In this document: piece by piece, positions 47,950-60,106 of the stretch
How positions within the stretch are numbered: position 1 is the first letter of the stretch
Layout of the letters: every line of letters starts with the position of its first letter
Source: Chara braunii
Taxonomy: Eukaryota > Plantae > Charophyceae
Direction of reading: 5' to 3'
Assembly (NCBI GenBank): GCA_003427395.1
Contig: BFEA01000001.1
Span: 1,116,382 to 1,180,381, forward strand
Length of the DNA: 64,000 nucleotides
The notes under the pieces: generated by a model
The model's input: only the letters and a program-made list of their open reading frames with translations
Databases searched by the model: none
What the model was told of the DNA's origin: nothing
Translations under genes and position numbers: made by a program

Positions 47950-50900
47950 TGTCGGGCCTTGGACTGAAAATGGGCGCTCAATAGGGGAACCCTTAGTTTT
48001 CTCAGCGCCGGGCCTCGCAAACTTCGACGCTGGGCCTTGTCAATTTTTGTGGGGGGACCATAAAAGGCCAGGACAAGCCCAAAATAAGGCTCAGGTGTAG
48101 CCCTGGTACCAGGCGCTGCAAAAGCCTCGACACCCGACTAAAAGACCTACTTGATGTGCCAAGTGACCTTTCGGGGCCCAAATGGGCCTGGGCCTAGGTT
48201 CGGGAGGAGGATCAGTACCGGGGCGCTGCAACTTTCTCGACAGTGGCCGACACCTAGGGAGACAAAAGTGCTGAGCCCCACGAGACTGGGGCCCAGTGAA
48301 GTTTAAAAGCCCAACTGGGCTCGAGATAGAGGGACTTCTCGGATGTGCACGAGACAGGTGCACTGGGCTGGCACACGTGAGCACAGGGCACTTCCAGCCT
48401 ACGCACAGGACTGGCGCACCGGCCAGCACACGGGAGGTGCTAGCCCACAAAAGCGTGGAAGACTTGAGAGGTGGGGAACTAACACGAGGCGCACAGGCGG
48501 GACGAGAGTTGGGGACGCACAAAGAATATTTGATTGGAAGGCGCACTCATCACGCGCACTGGCAAGTAAGAAGGTCTGAATGAATCGTGCGCTCATTGCG
48601 CGAACTGGCTCGAAAAAAAATATGATCGAATCGCGCGCTCATTGCGCGAACTGGCAAGTAAGAAGATCTGATTGGAAGGTGCGCTCATCGCGCGGGCATG
48701 TAAGAAGGTCTGAATGAATCGAGCGCTCATTGAGTGAACAGGCTCGGAAAAAGATATGATCGAATCACGCGCTCATTGCGCGAACCGACACGGAAGAAGA
48801 TTTGATTGAATCACGCGCTCATTGTGCAAACTGGCAAGTAAGTAGATCTGATTGAATCGCACACTCATTGCGCACACTCGCAAGGAAGAAGATTTGATTG
48901 AAAGGTGCACTCATCGTTCACGTTGGCAAGTAAGGTCTGATTGAATCGCGCGCTCATTGCGCAAACCGGCTCAAAAAATGATCTGATCGAATCGCGCGCT
49001 CATTGCGCGAGCCAACACGGAAGAAGATCTGATCGAATCGCGCAATCATTGCGCGAACTGGCACGTAAGTAGATCTGATTGAATCACACGTTCATTGCGC
49101 ACACTGGCAAGAAAGAAAGATTTGTGTGAAACTCGCACTCATCGCGCGAACTGGCAAGTCAGTAGATCTGACTGAATCGCACGCTCATTGCGCGCATTGG
49201 CAAGGAAGAAGATCTGATTGAAACGCTTGCTCATCGCGCGCACAGGCAAGTAAGGTCTGATTGAATCGCGCGCTCATTGCTTGAACCGACTCGAAAAAAG
49301 ATATGATCGAATCGCGCGCTCATTGCACGAACCGACACCGAAGAAGATCTGATCGAATCGCGCACTCATTGTGCAAACTGGCAAGTAAGTAGATCTGATT
49401 GAATTGCGCGCTCATTGCGCACACTGGCAAGGAAGAAGATCTGATTGAAAGGCGCGCTCATCGCACGCATTGGCAAGTAAGGTCTGATTGAATCGTGCGT
49501 TAATTGAGCGAACAAGATCGAAAAAAGATCTGATCGAATTGCACGCTCATTGCACGAACTGGCAAGTAAGAAGATCTGAATGAATCGCGTGCTTATTGCG
49601 CGAACTGGCTCGAAAAAAAATCTGATTGAATTGCTCGCTCATTGCGCGAGCTGGCAAGTAAGAAGATCTGATTGAATCGCGCGCTCATTGTGCGCACTGG
49701 CAAGAAAGAAAGATCCGCATGAAATGCGCACTCATCGCGTGAACTGGCAAGTAAGGTGATCTGATTGAATCGCGGGCTCATTGCGCCGACTAGCACGGAA
49801 GAAGGTTTGATCGAATCGCGTGCTCATTGCGTGAACTGGCAAGTATGAAGATCTGATTGGATTGTGTGTTCATCGTGCGCCCTGACAAAAAAAAAGATCT
49901 GATTGGACCATGCGCTTATCGTGTGTACTGGCAAAAAGGAAGATTTGTCCGGATCACACGCTCGTTGCGCGCGCATGCTGAAGGAAGGATTGGGACTGAA
50001 TCACATGCTCATTGTGCGTACTAACTGGGAAGGTGGCCTAATCAGATTGCGAGACCATTTTGCGCACTGCCGAAAGAAGATCTGATGAAACACGCGCCCA
50101 CGCACGCTCATCTCTGCCAACTGGAAAAATCCGTTAAACCGCCCTGTGTGTGAATGCTCGATTAATTGATTGGCTGGCGGAGCCAGACGATCGCGCGCTG
50201 GCGAACGACCGAGTGACTAGGCGGGCGAGAGTCAGTGCCCCTGGAAGGGACTTTGACTTGTAGGTTGGAATGAGCACGCCCGAGTTGAGCGGCCACAAAA
50301 CGAGGGGGATTGATTGGCTAACGAGTGGGAACGCTAGCAAGCGTACAGGGATGGGGAATCAAGTGACTATCGTGAAATTGGCTTCCCGCACGCGAGTGTG
50401 AACGGGAGAACGGGGCATCTGTCAGAACGGGTCCCTTTCCAAGTACGGTAGACGAACCCTACCACTCGACGTTTGACTGGCCAGGAAAGCCATCAATTGT
50501 ATCAAGACGGGCCGTTCTTGACGTGACCGGACTAGCGGGCCAGCGGGACTCCGTCACGTGATGAAGCCCAGGACCGGCGCCTGAACTTTAAAGGGTCCAA
50601 CGCGAGGGTTGATTTTGCGTGATTGCACAGGGACTGAGGTCGTAGGACTTACCACTTGGCAGAGCCAGGCTGAATTTCATTCTGGGGAAAGTTACGAAAA
50701 GTGAACCGGACAGGGATCGAAGCTGAATCTGCGCGGCGGCCTGTCCTCGGAAGGCGGAGCTTGGGCGTTTCACCTGTTTGCACGCGTACGCCCACAACAA
50801 AGAATATTCCGCCTGGCAGTGCCAGGTTTGGGCTGGCACTTTTCCAATTAACCAATTCACAAAATACTTATGCACGTGAACTTGGCTCGCTCAGTTGGGC

Positions 50901-51323
50901 CAGGACGAATGGTGAAGGTAGAACTAGAGCTATGGCCGCAATGGGCTCGCGACAACATTTCTGATACGGAGAGCTCCAGCACGGTCCCTTGGGATCGGCG
51001 AGCTCGATATCGGTGGCACCCCGCTGAGAGGAGGATACGTCCCAGATTACTAGTGCGGTCGGTCGGGACTTAGACTGATCTAGACATTGAACTTATTTCG
51101 GTGCCCGGTCGCAGCGCGGCAGACCCCATCATTTTAGATTGAATAGAAATGCACTTTTTGTTCCTTCCAACCGGTGGTCCTTGAATGTCTTATCTGACGG
51201 TTGGACTAATTGTTTTTTTAGCAGGTTACAGGAGCCCCAAAAGACTCTCCCATGGGTGACAGACACGGGGTGGATTATAGAGTTTGTTTGGTGTGCCGAC
51301 AGATACCCTCATACCGGTCGACA
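47950..51323 (+). mobile_element. Isolated 3.4 kb LTR of a family related to the 18 kb element
   Basis: Starts TGTCGGG and ends GGTCGACA, like the LTRs of 21174-39192. 51225-51323 aligns to the reverse complement of 21174-21272, and 48095-48240 to that of 24040-24170. No TSD. Confidence 0.8.
48520..50090. repeat. ~46-bp satellite-like array (~34 units) inside the LTR
   Basis: Consensus gatctgattgaatcgcgcgctcattgcgcgaactggcaagtaagaa. Confidence 0.93.
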
Positions 51324-51750
51324 TTGGTACCAACTGCCGAAAGCCCTGAACAAACTTCCACAATCCATTTATAGAACTACCCTAGCCTAGACCCGACCTA
51401 GACCGGACTGACTGGACCTTTTTTTTTTTTTTTTTTTTTTTGTCCGAATGGTACTGGTTCAGTTTCGGCCTCACCAGCCTCTCCCTACCCGGCTATAGGC
51501 TATAGTCCCAGTCTAACAGCGTAGGCCTTAGGGCTTGTCTGTCCTAGCGATAGCCCGGCCTGCTATCCGCAGTTAGAGTAGCTGTAGGAAATTCGTGTTA
51601 GTGCAGGCCTGAAATTTTCCCGAATTTACAGCTTCCCCACAGGCAGATATCTCGGTTAGCCCTCAGCCAAACAAAATTGCGAATATAGCCTACCTATGTT
51701 ACAGCCTAGAGGCTAGGGGCCGCAGGCTGCAGAATCAGCAAGTCATTGCA

Positions 51751-54700
51751 CAGCGAGCGCTGCACGTTTGTGCCTGGGCGGTTGGGCAAGCCTGGTCCCA
51801 GGCCACTGTCTGAACGGGCCTGGGTGCAGACACTTTGGCCGAGACTGAAGCTACTGGAAACTCGGTCTCACGTGGGAAGCAAGTGGAAAGTGCCCCCCAC
51901 TTTCCATATAGGAAAGGGCTGGGCTCCAGACGTGACATTCGGGCACTTGCACTTGTGGGCAGCAGCGCTGCTGGAGCTCTTGCTCGCGAGCTGCTTGCTG
52001 CGCTAGAGCTGGTGCTCCATGCATGCGCGGACGTGCAGGGTGCAGGGCACTGCTGAGGGCAACGCCATAGCCAGCCCCCATAGTCGGGCTTGGCTTGGAT
52101 ATAGCCAGTGGAGGTGGTGGGGGTCTTCGTGTTCGAGGGTGAAGACGTGGGTGAGAAAGTCGAGGGTGAGAGGGAGAGAGAGAAATGAGGTTGATGATGC
52201 GAGGGCACGTGCCTGGTCTTGGAAATGGTCCACAAGGGTCGACATCTTCATGTACTTCGGTTCCGCTGCTGATGTCATTGTCAATTCGTACGCTGCTCGT
52301 AGACAGTGTGATAGTAGTCTGGGCGCTGAGCGCCAAGTAGGAGGAAGGACTCTGGATACATAGTTGGTGGTGGCGAGAGTATACTCTCATTGACATTCGG
52401 ATTCAGTGCTTTGGTTCTCCGTTGGTGGAATATCAGGGCATCTCTGCTTTCTGGACAGCGTTGGACTTGCTGGCTTTCAATGTGATTTTGCATTCTGGAT
52501 TTGGTGCTTCGCTGGATATGGTGGGGCAGTGATAACGCTTGTGCGCCGGTGACTGACGGCCCACGGTCGTGTGGGCGCGCCAGGAAGGCTATGTGGCTAC
52601 AAGGGGTGCACGCTGGATGATGAGAACTTGCTGATGTGATATTTAAGACGAGGTGGAACTGCATTGTATTGTGGGTTGTGCCGGGGCATCAACTGGTCAT
52701 CATAAATGCACGTCAGGTTACTGGTGAGAAATCTTTGGTTGGTGGCAGCACTATGAGGCACGTTGCTCTTTACCTTATCTACCCTCTTCGTTGCTTCTTA
52801 CCGTGAGGACGTGAGTTCTGTCTTGAGAGTCCTGTCATTGTAAGGTGTCGCGATCGCTCAACCTTGAGAGCCGACATTCTTCCTGGGGAGCAAGCTGGTG
52901 GGAGACGGGCGTTGCCTTTGAAGGGCCCTGGACGAAGCACTTGGGTCACAGTCAGCATGCCAACCCACTGGCACTAGTACATGCATACTTCACCGATTGT
53001 CCTTTGGTCTGCTTGCTGCGCTGTAGAGGTCATGTCGGGCATCCAACCCTATGAGGGAGAGACGAGTACCGGACAGTCTATAAAGAGACTCCAGCGGGGA
53101 TACACGACTCGTGCTGTACGTGAGTATAAAAATAGTACAGTTGGGGCTGGCCGGTCCTGCATAGACTTGGGGCACAGGGGTGGGCCGATTGCACACCTTC
53201 AGATACACCGCTAAACCAGAGCTTCTGGACGTAGGCACAAAGGGATTACTCAAAGTACACTGTTCGATTATTAATTATTGAAAAAATCCATTCTGCATGC
53301 ACACCATCAAATGATTTTATTGTTAGTTTTGATTAGTTAATTGTGACAGACTTTGCTAACAACTGGCAGACAACTGCAGATAGGTAGTAATCATTCCTTG
53401 TTGCGATGCAATCTGTTTCAGACAAGTCAAGAGTAGGAATAAAACTGTTTGTAGGAATCTGAGATTATCTATTGTTACCGCTTGGCTACTTTCTGACAAG
53501 GCTGGACCAAATATTTATTTTATTTTATTTTAATTGGTTGGTTGCCATGCTGCGGTAGGTCCCAGCGAGGACACTAGTGCAGATCGCAGGCTACACATAG
53601 CTTATGAGTGGAGATGACAATGAGGCTGGGGGACTAGAGCAAGACGATAGGAGGCTTACCCGGAGACTTGCACGCAGTCGGCCGATCACTTTCCTAGAGT
53701 TAGAACGAGGGGAGGAAAGGAGACTGCGGAGAGAAGCCAGAAAGAGGGCGGTATTGCAGAGGGCTAGGGAAGCAGCAGCCAACGCCGAAAGGGCACTTGC
53801 AGCAGCATTAGCAGCAGACGCTAGAGCCGACGTCGAGGCAGCCATGGCTACCGCCTCTACTCTATCACATGCCTCATCTCAGGCTTCTTCTTCAGGTGTC
53901 AGTCCGGGTATGTCCCAGCCTGCCGTTACTCAGTTTGCGGGTCACCAGCAGGTCAGCCAGCGACAACCCATATCAGAAGAGGATTATGAGATCCAGCAAA
54001 CAAATGCTCTCCACGCAGAGTTACAGTGCCAGCTATGGGACATAGAGGAGAGGAGAGAGAAAGCTAGAATTAGAAAAGCCCGGCTAGAGGCAAGGTCTGA
54101 GGAGCTAGGCAAGTTAGAAGCTATAGATGAGTCGACTTTAGATCCTGTGGGTCTGTCCCTTCGGAACTCCTTGTTGAGCGTAGCCGAAGTGCAGGCCCTG
54201 CAGCAGGAAATGTTGGCTGCACTGATAGCTGGTCAGAACCAGATTCTGGTTGCATTGCGGGCGCCTTGACCTTCGGTGAGGCCACCCCAGATTGCTGTAG
54301 CTCCCCCTACGGTTGCAGGTCCATTGTTGACGCTGCCGCCGACAGGGCAGCCCTTTGCTCCTCAGCTTGGCACGCCCCCAGCAGGCGGATTAGCAGAGGG
54401 TAGTAGTAAGCAGATTCTTGTGCATCCTTCTTCATTTCCCCAATCAGTGGCTGCCGCTATAGGGCAGCCACAAGTGCAGCAGCCTTTGCAACAGGGTCTG
54501 CCGCGGCAGCAGGTACAGTATCAGCAGCAAGTGCTGTTGCAGCAACAAATGCGGCCGCAACGGTCTGTTTCATCGGTCAACCAATGCAGCAGGCACAGGG
54601 TGTGGTACAATCCATCCAATGGACACCCAAGATACCCTTGCTGAGTCCTAAACCCTTCTCTGGCGACAAGAAGAAGGAAGGGGACCTTGATACCAAGGTG

Positions 54701-57700
54701 AGGATTGTGCCTACTTACATTACTACATCCTTTCTAGAAGGGTCTGCAGCCAAATGGTTGAACGAAGTCGTATAGCAACAGTGATACGGTCAGAACATTG
54801 ATGGCTGGGCAAAGGCCCGGACATTGGAGGAGTTTGTACGGATGGTTTACAACAGGTGGCATGACACTCAAGGGGCTCATAAGGCCATCGACTCTCTAGG
54901 TAGTCTAGGATCGAAGAGATACAGGACAGTGCGTGAGGTAATAGACTCCGTAGAGCGACTGATTATTCTCCCTGGGGTGCGGTACGAACCGCAAGTACTC
55001 CTCACAACTTATTTGCAATGTCGACCTACAAATGTTAAGAATAAGTTGGTCGGTGAGGCCTCCATTGACGTGCATAACTTCGCCTCGTTCAGCAAGAAAG
55101 CCCTAGACATACAGGCTAAGCTTGGGAGTGCCCAGCAAAGACCAATTGATGGGAGAAAGAAGAAGATTCCTCAGGATTGGAGGAAGAAAGGCAATCTTAT
55201 CTTCGTTGACCACGATGGTCAAGCAACTGAGATTGATGACTTCTCTGATAAGGCAATCTTATGTTTGTTGACCAAGATGGTCAATCGACTGAGATTGATG
55301 AGTTCTCTGATCTTCGGGAAGAAACTGAGATAGACGGGCTTGGGGAGACTTCAAATGATGGAGTAGCTGCACCCATTAGAGAAAAGGGTAAGGGGGCTGG
55401 GAGACAAAAGGTAGGCCGGCCCAAGGGTCAAAGTGAGCAAGGACCACCCATATGGGTGACACTTGGTCAGGAATACGAGGTGTGGCGAGACCGTGTTGCA
55501 CTGGGCGCATGCCTAAATTGTGGCCAGTACGGGCACACAATTGCCAAATGCAAGAGTAAGCGGGTCGCAACGAAGGTCGCGTCCTACGGTTGGATCTTCC
55601 AACTCTGGTGGTGCTTCTGCAAGCACTTCCTAGGGAAACACCTCGGGCCAGTAGGGGTGTTAGCAGCTCTTAATCGTGTTGAAGTGGTTACTTTACCTTC
55701 TCCATTTCAGACGATGGCCAAGGCTATTGACACTATGATCGCCCCCCGGACAAATTCGGACCAATCGATGCTTTGTTCGATGGATGTGACTGAATCCTTA
55801 AAGGAGTTAGAGACTGAGTGGTTAGAGAAGGACCCTAGAGACTGTTGGGCGATGTTGAACAAAGGTCCAAAGGGTGAACACTTCAAGGTAGAAGTTAATG
55901 TAGGTGGCTGAAAGGTGGGCGCCTTCGCAAATATAGGTTCTACGCAAAACTTCATCAGTCGTGCTCGTGTGGATAGGTTGCGCTTAGGGGACCAATTGCA
56001 GCGGCTTAGCAGATCTATAGCATCTACCCTAGCCAACAAGCACTCCATGATAGTAAAAGACTATGTCAAGGATGTCGTACATACCTTCTCCTATGGAGGA
56101 GGGGAACTGAGATACAAGATCTCGTTCCTGGTGAGCAATGAGTTGCCATTTGACATGTTGCTAGGCATGTACTACCTCGAGGTTGCTAAGCCTCAGTTCG
56201 ATTGGAATAAGAAGGTGATGATCTACAGGTTGCCAGATGGAAAGGTCGTTAGGCTGCAGAAGTTCAAGACTAGCAGACTAGTGGAGAACTATGGTTGCAT
56301 GTGCGCATCGTCTTTCTATAACCTCTACCAACAGAACTGCGGGAAGGAATGTACCTAGTCTTGTCTCTGAGAAAGGGGAGGCCATAAAATCACCCCTAAA
56401 GATCGAAGTAATCATTGCACAATATGCAGACCTCTTTGAGGAGCCTAGGGGTGTGGTAGAAAGGGAGATTGTCCACGCAATAGAAGTCATCCCCGGTAGC
56501 ATAGTACCTAGAGGGCGGATCTATAGGATGTCGTCTGCGGAGTTAGATGAGCTTCGCCGCCAGCTCAAGGAACTCGCAGAGAAGGGCTGGATTCGGCCAA
56601 TTACGTACCCCTACGGAGCTCCAATTTTATTTGTCCCAAAGAAAAGGGGGACACTAAGGATGTGCATCGACTATATAGGGGCCCCTCAATGCCATCACCG
56701 TTAAGAACGCGGGGCCCCTACCATGCGTTGACAACCTCTTGGATAGAGTGCAGGGATGTCGGTACTTCACTAAGATAGATCTGAAGTCCGGATACCATCA
56801 GATTGCTATTAGATCTGACTCGTCAGGACCAGCAGAAAACCGCCTTTCAGACCAGGTACGGTTTGTACGAGTTTGTGGTGATGCCCTTTGGCCTATGCAA
56901 TGCTCCTAGGATGTTCCACCACGCAATGAACTGGATCTTTCATGACTACTTAGACAAGTTTATCGTCGTGGATCTCAACGATATCCTTATCTTTAGTAGG
57001 ACTGTAGGGGAGCACGCTTAGCACGTGAAAACAGTGTTAGGGCTCCTAAGAGAGCACCAATATAAGGTAAACTTGGAGAAATGCGAATTAGGCCGAATTA
57101 GGCCACACCAAGATCTTGTACTTGGGTCATGAGATTTCCGCGGATGGATTGAGGCCAGATAATGCCAAAGTGGCCAGCATACGTGACTGGCCCAGACCTC
57201 AGTCTGTGACTGAGGTGAGGTCATTCTTGGGGATGACAAGCTACTATCGCCCGTTTGTTAAGAATTATAGTACGGTAGCCTCCCCTCTACCTCACACGCC
57301 TTGACACCCCATGAGAGTGGACCAAAGAGTGTGAGGCAACCTTTAAGAGATTGAGGGATGCCCTGACGTACTACGAAGTCCTCAAACTTCCAGATCCTGA
57401 ACAACCCTTTGCTGTGACCACAGACGCCGCCAATACGACATAGGCACGGTCCTTGCGCAAGAGAAGGGGAAAAAGTAGAGCCCGATCGAGTACATGAGCA
57501 AATAGATGTCATCTCAGAAATTAGCTCAGTCCACATATGAGAGTGAGTTTTATGCTCTCTAAGAGCGCTGGTCCATTGGAGGCACTACCTCCTAGGCAAA
57601 TTCATTTATGTGAGATCTGACCATGAGACGCTGCACTGGATTAAGACACAGCCAGTGCTCTCCAACGCACTTAAGAGGTGGATTGAAGTCATAGATATGT

Positions 57701-59913
57701 ACGACTTCAAGCTCAACCCTCTGAGTGGCTGATGCACTATTGCGTAGGGCAGACTATCTGGGCGCGCAAGTGACTGAGTTTGGGATTTCTGATGATGTAA
57801 CTCGATCTATGGTGGAAGCCTATCAAGAGGACACAATCATGTCTGAGATCATCCACAAACTGGAAGCTAAAGACAAAGCTACTTCTGATTAGTTTGTGGT
57901 GGTTGAAGGCTTGTTGTTCCTTGAGAAGGCAAGGAATAAACGCTTATATGTTCCGAATAGGGAGTCTTTGTGTACTTTATTTTTAGGTGAGTGCCATGAT
58001 GCAACTGGACATTTCGGTCATAAGAAGACAACACCAAATTTAGAGCAGCAATTTTGGTGGCCCACAGTGATGGATGATGCAAAGAAATATGTAGAGACTT
58101 GTCAAGTTTGTCAACGGGACAAGCCTCAACTCAGGCACCACTTGGGCTTATTAAGCCCTTGCCTATACCTGCTGGTCCTGGTCAGAGTGTCTCCATGGAT
58201 TTCATGGATACTCTTGTGACCAGCAAAAGCGATAAGCGTCACATCTTCGTCATTGTGGACAGGTTCACTGGGTCAAGATGACTGGGATGAGAAGTTACCT
58301 CTCCAGCCAATGACAGCACCTGGTAGCATAGAGTTTGCTGTCAAGTATGAACAGATGCTGCAGCAGGCTGTAGAGCACATCAAGACAGCTTAAGATGCCA
58401 TGGTTGCACCTGAGAACAGACACAGAAGACTGTCTGCGTTTCTAGTACGTGAACGAGTCTGGGTAAAGTCATCTGAGTTGGGACAGGAGTTGGGAATCTC
58501 ACGCAAACTGATGCCACAGTATTTTGGACCCTGTGAGATTCTGGACATAGTAGGAGATCAACCCGATGGTCCATCATATGTTATATGCATTCCTGGACAC
58601 CTCCGTACACACCCTGTTTTCCATGCATCTAAGTTGGCGCCCTTCGCTGAAACTGAACAGTTCCCCTCAAGAAGATCAATGCTGCCCACAACCATGGACG
58701 GACATGTGGACATTGACGATATTTGTCGAGCACAAGCTGATGCCTGTGCCCAAGCCTCCAGGCAGGGGATGCCCTCCGAAACCGCAGATGCAGTACCGAG
58801 TGTGGTTCCGACATCAGTGGTTCACAAGAGAAGAGTTATTGAAGACTTCAGGTTATGAAAGAAACTTAAAAGGGAAGCAGCCTGCTGTTTAACGACTTCT
58901 CAGAGGACTATCGAAGTAAAGGAGGAGGCAGTGCGAGGGTTTACCCCTTGTCTAGGGCCTTGCAGCAGGTGCGTGCTCGCCCTAAGTGAAGGCGGGCCCC
59001 CTGAATCCCAATGTGCCCTGAGTTTGTCAATTTTTTGCAAAATCTTGGTAGGCGCCAGACAGTTGCCATGCGCCAGTTGGTTACATCCGCCTTGCTCGTG
59101 AGAATCCAAAATATTTGTGAGCCTTTCAGGCTCTTCCAGCAACGTGGTCTAAGCAGGGAGCACCGCACGTTTGTGCCTGGGCGGTTGGGCAAGCCTAATC
59201 AATTCGGTCCCAGGCCACTGTCCGAACGGGCCTGGGCACAGACACTTTGGCTGAGACTGAAGCTACTGGAAACTCGGTCTCACATGGGAAGCAAGTGGAA
59301 AGCACCCATGACTTTCCATATAGGAAAGGGCTGGGCTCCGTGATATTCGGGCACTTGCAATTGCGGGCAGCAGCGCTGCTGGAGCGATTGCTCGCAGGCT
59401 GCTTGCTGGGCTAGCGCTGGTGCTACGTGCACGCGCAGATGTGCAGGGTGCAGGGTGCTGCTGAGGGCAGCGACATAGCCAGCCCCCATAGCCGGGCTTG
59501 GCTTGGATATAGCCAGTGGAGGTGGTGGTGGTCTTCGTGTTTGAGGGTGAAGACGTGGGTGACAAAGTTGAGGGTGAGAGGGAGAGAGAGAGGAGGTTGA
59601 TGATGTGAGGGCACGTACCTGGTCTTTGCGATGGTCTACAAGGGTTGACATCTTCATGTACTTCAGTTCTGTGCTCACGTCAACTGGATGCATTGTCAAT
59701 TCGTAGGCTGCTAGTAGGCTGTGTGATAGTAGTCTGGGCGCTGAGCGCCAAGTAGGAGGAAGGACTCTGGATACATATGTTGGTGGTGGCGAGAGTATGC
59801 TCTCATTGACATTCGGACTTAGTGCGCTGGTTCTCCGTTGGTGGAATATCAGTGCATTTCTGCTTTCTGGACAGCGTTGGACTTGCTGGCTTTCAATGTG
59901 ATTTTGCATTCTG
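51751..59913 (+). mobile_element. Decayed Ty3/gypsy chromovirus-type element with two truncated LTRs
   Basis: Diverged direct repeats 51751-52497 and 59154-59913 flank gag-pol. PPT gaagtaaaggaggaggcag at 58913-58931 is followed by TG at 58932. Confidence 0.8.
53604..58892 (+). pseudogene. Degenerate gag-pol with most of the integrase core deleted
   Basis: Coiled-coil and Q-rich N-terminus, PKPFSGDKK gag, CLNCGQYGHTIAKC knuckle, ANIGST (mutated protease), YGAPILFVPKK/MPFGLCNAP RT, CHDATGHFG..CQVC, SMDF/IVDRF, YFGP, HPVFHASKL, chromodomain remnant QYRVWF. Confidence 0.93.
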
Positions 59914-59950
59914 AATTTCTGTCATATATCTCTCTCTCATTTTGCTTGCA

Positions 59951-60018
59951 TTTCTTCTTCTTCTTCTCCTTCCTCCTTCCTCCTCTTCCTCCTCTTCCTC
60001 GTCTTGTCCTTCCTCTTT

Positions 60019-60060
<42 letters not shown>

Positions 60061-60064
60061 GCCG

Positions 60065-60105
<41 letters not shown>

Positions 60106-60106
60106 G
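59951..60106. repeat. (CTT/CCT)n then (TTG)n microsatellites
   Basis: Direct reading. Confidence 0.95.

Noticed and set aside
48520-50090. CRISPR-like periodicity
   Set aside because: Units are contiguous tandem monomers without unique spacers.
51324-51340. PBS after the 47950-51323 LTR (ttggtaccaa)
   Set aside because: No tRNA match that I can recognise and no internal domain of that family follows.
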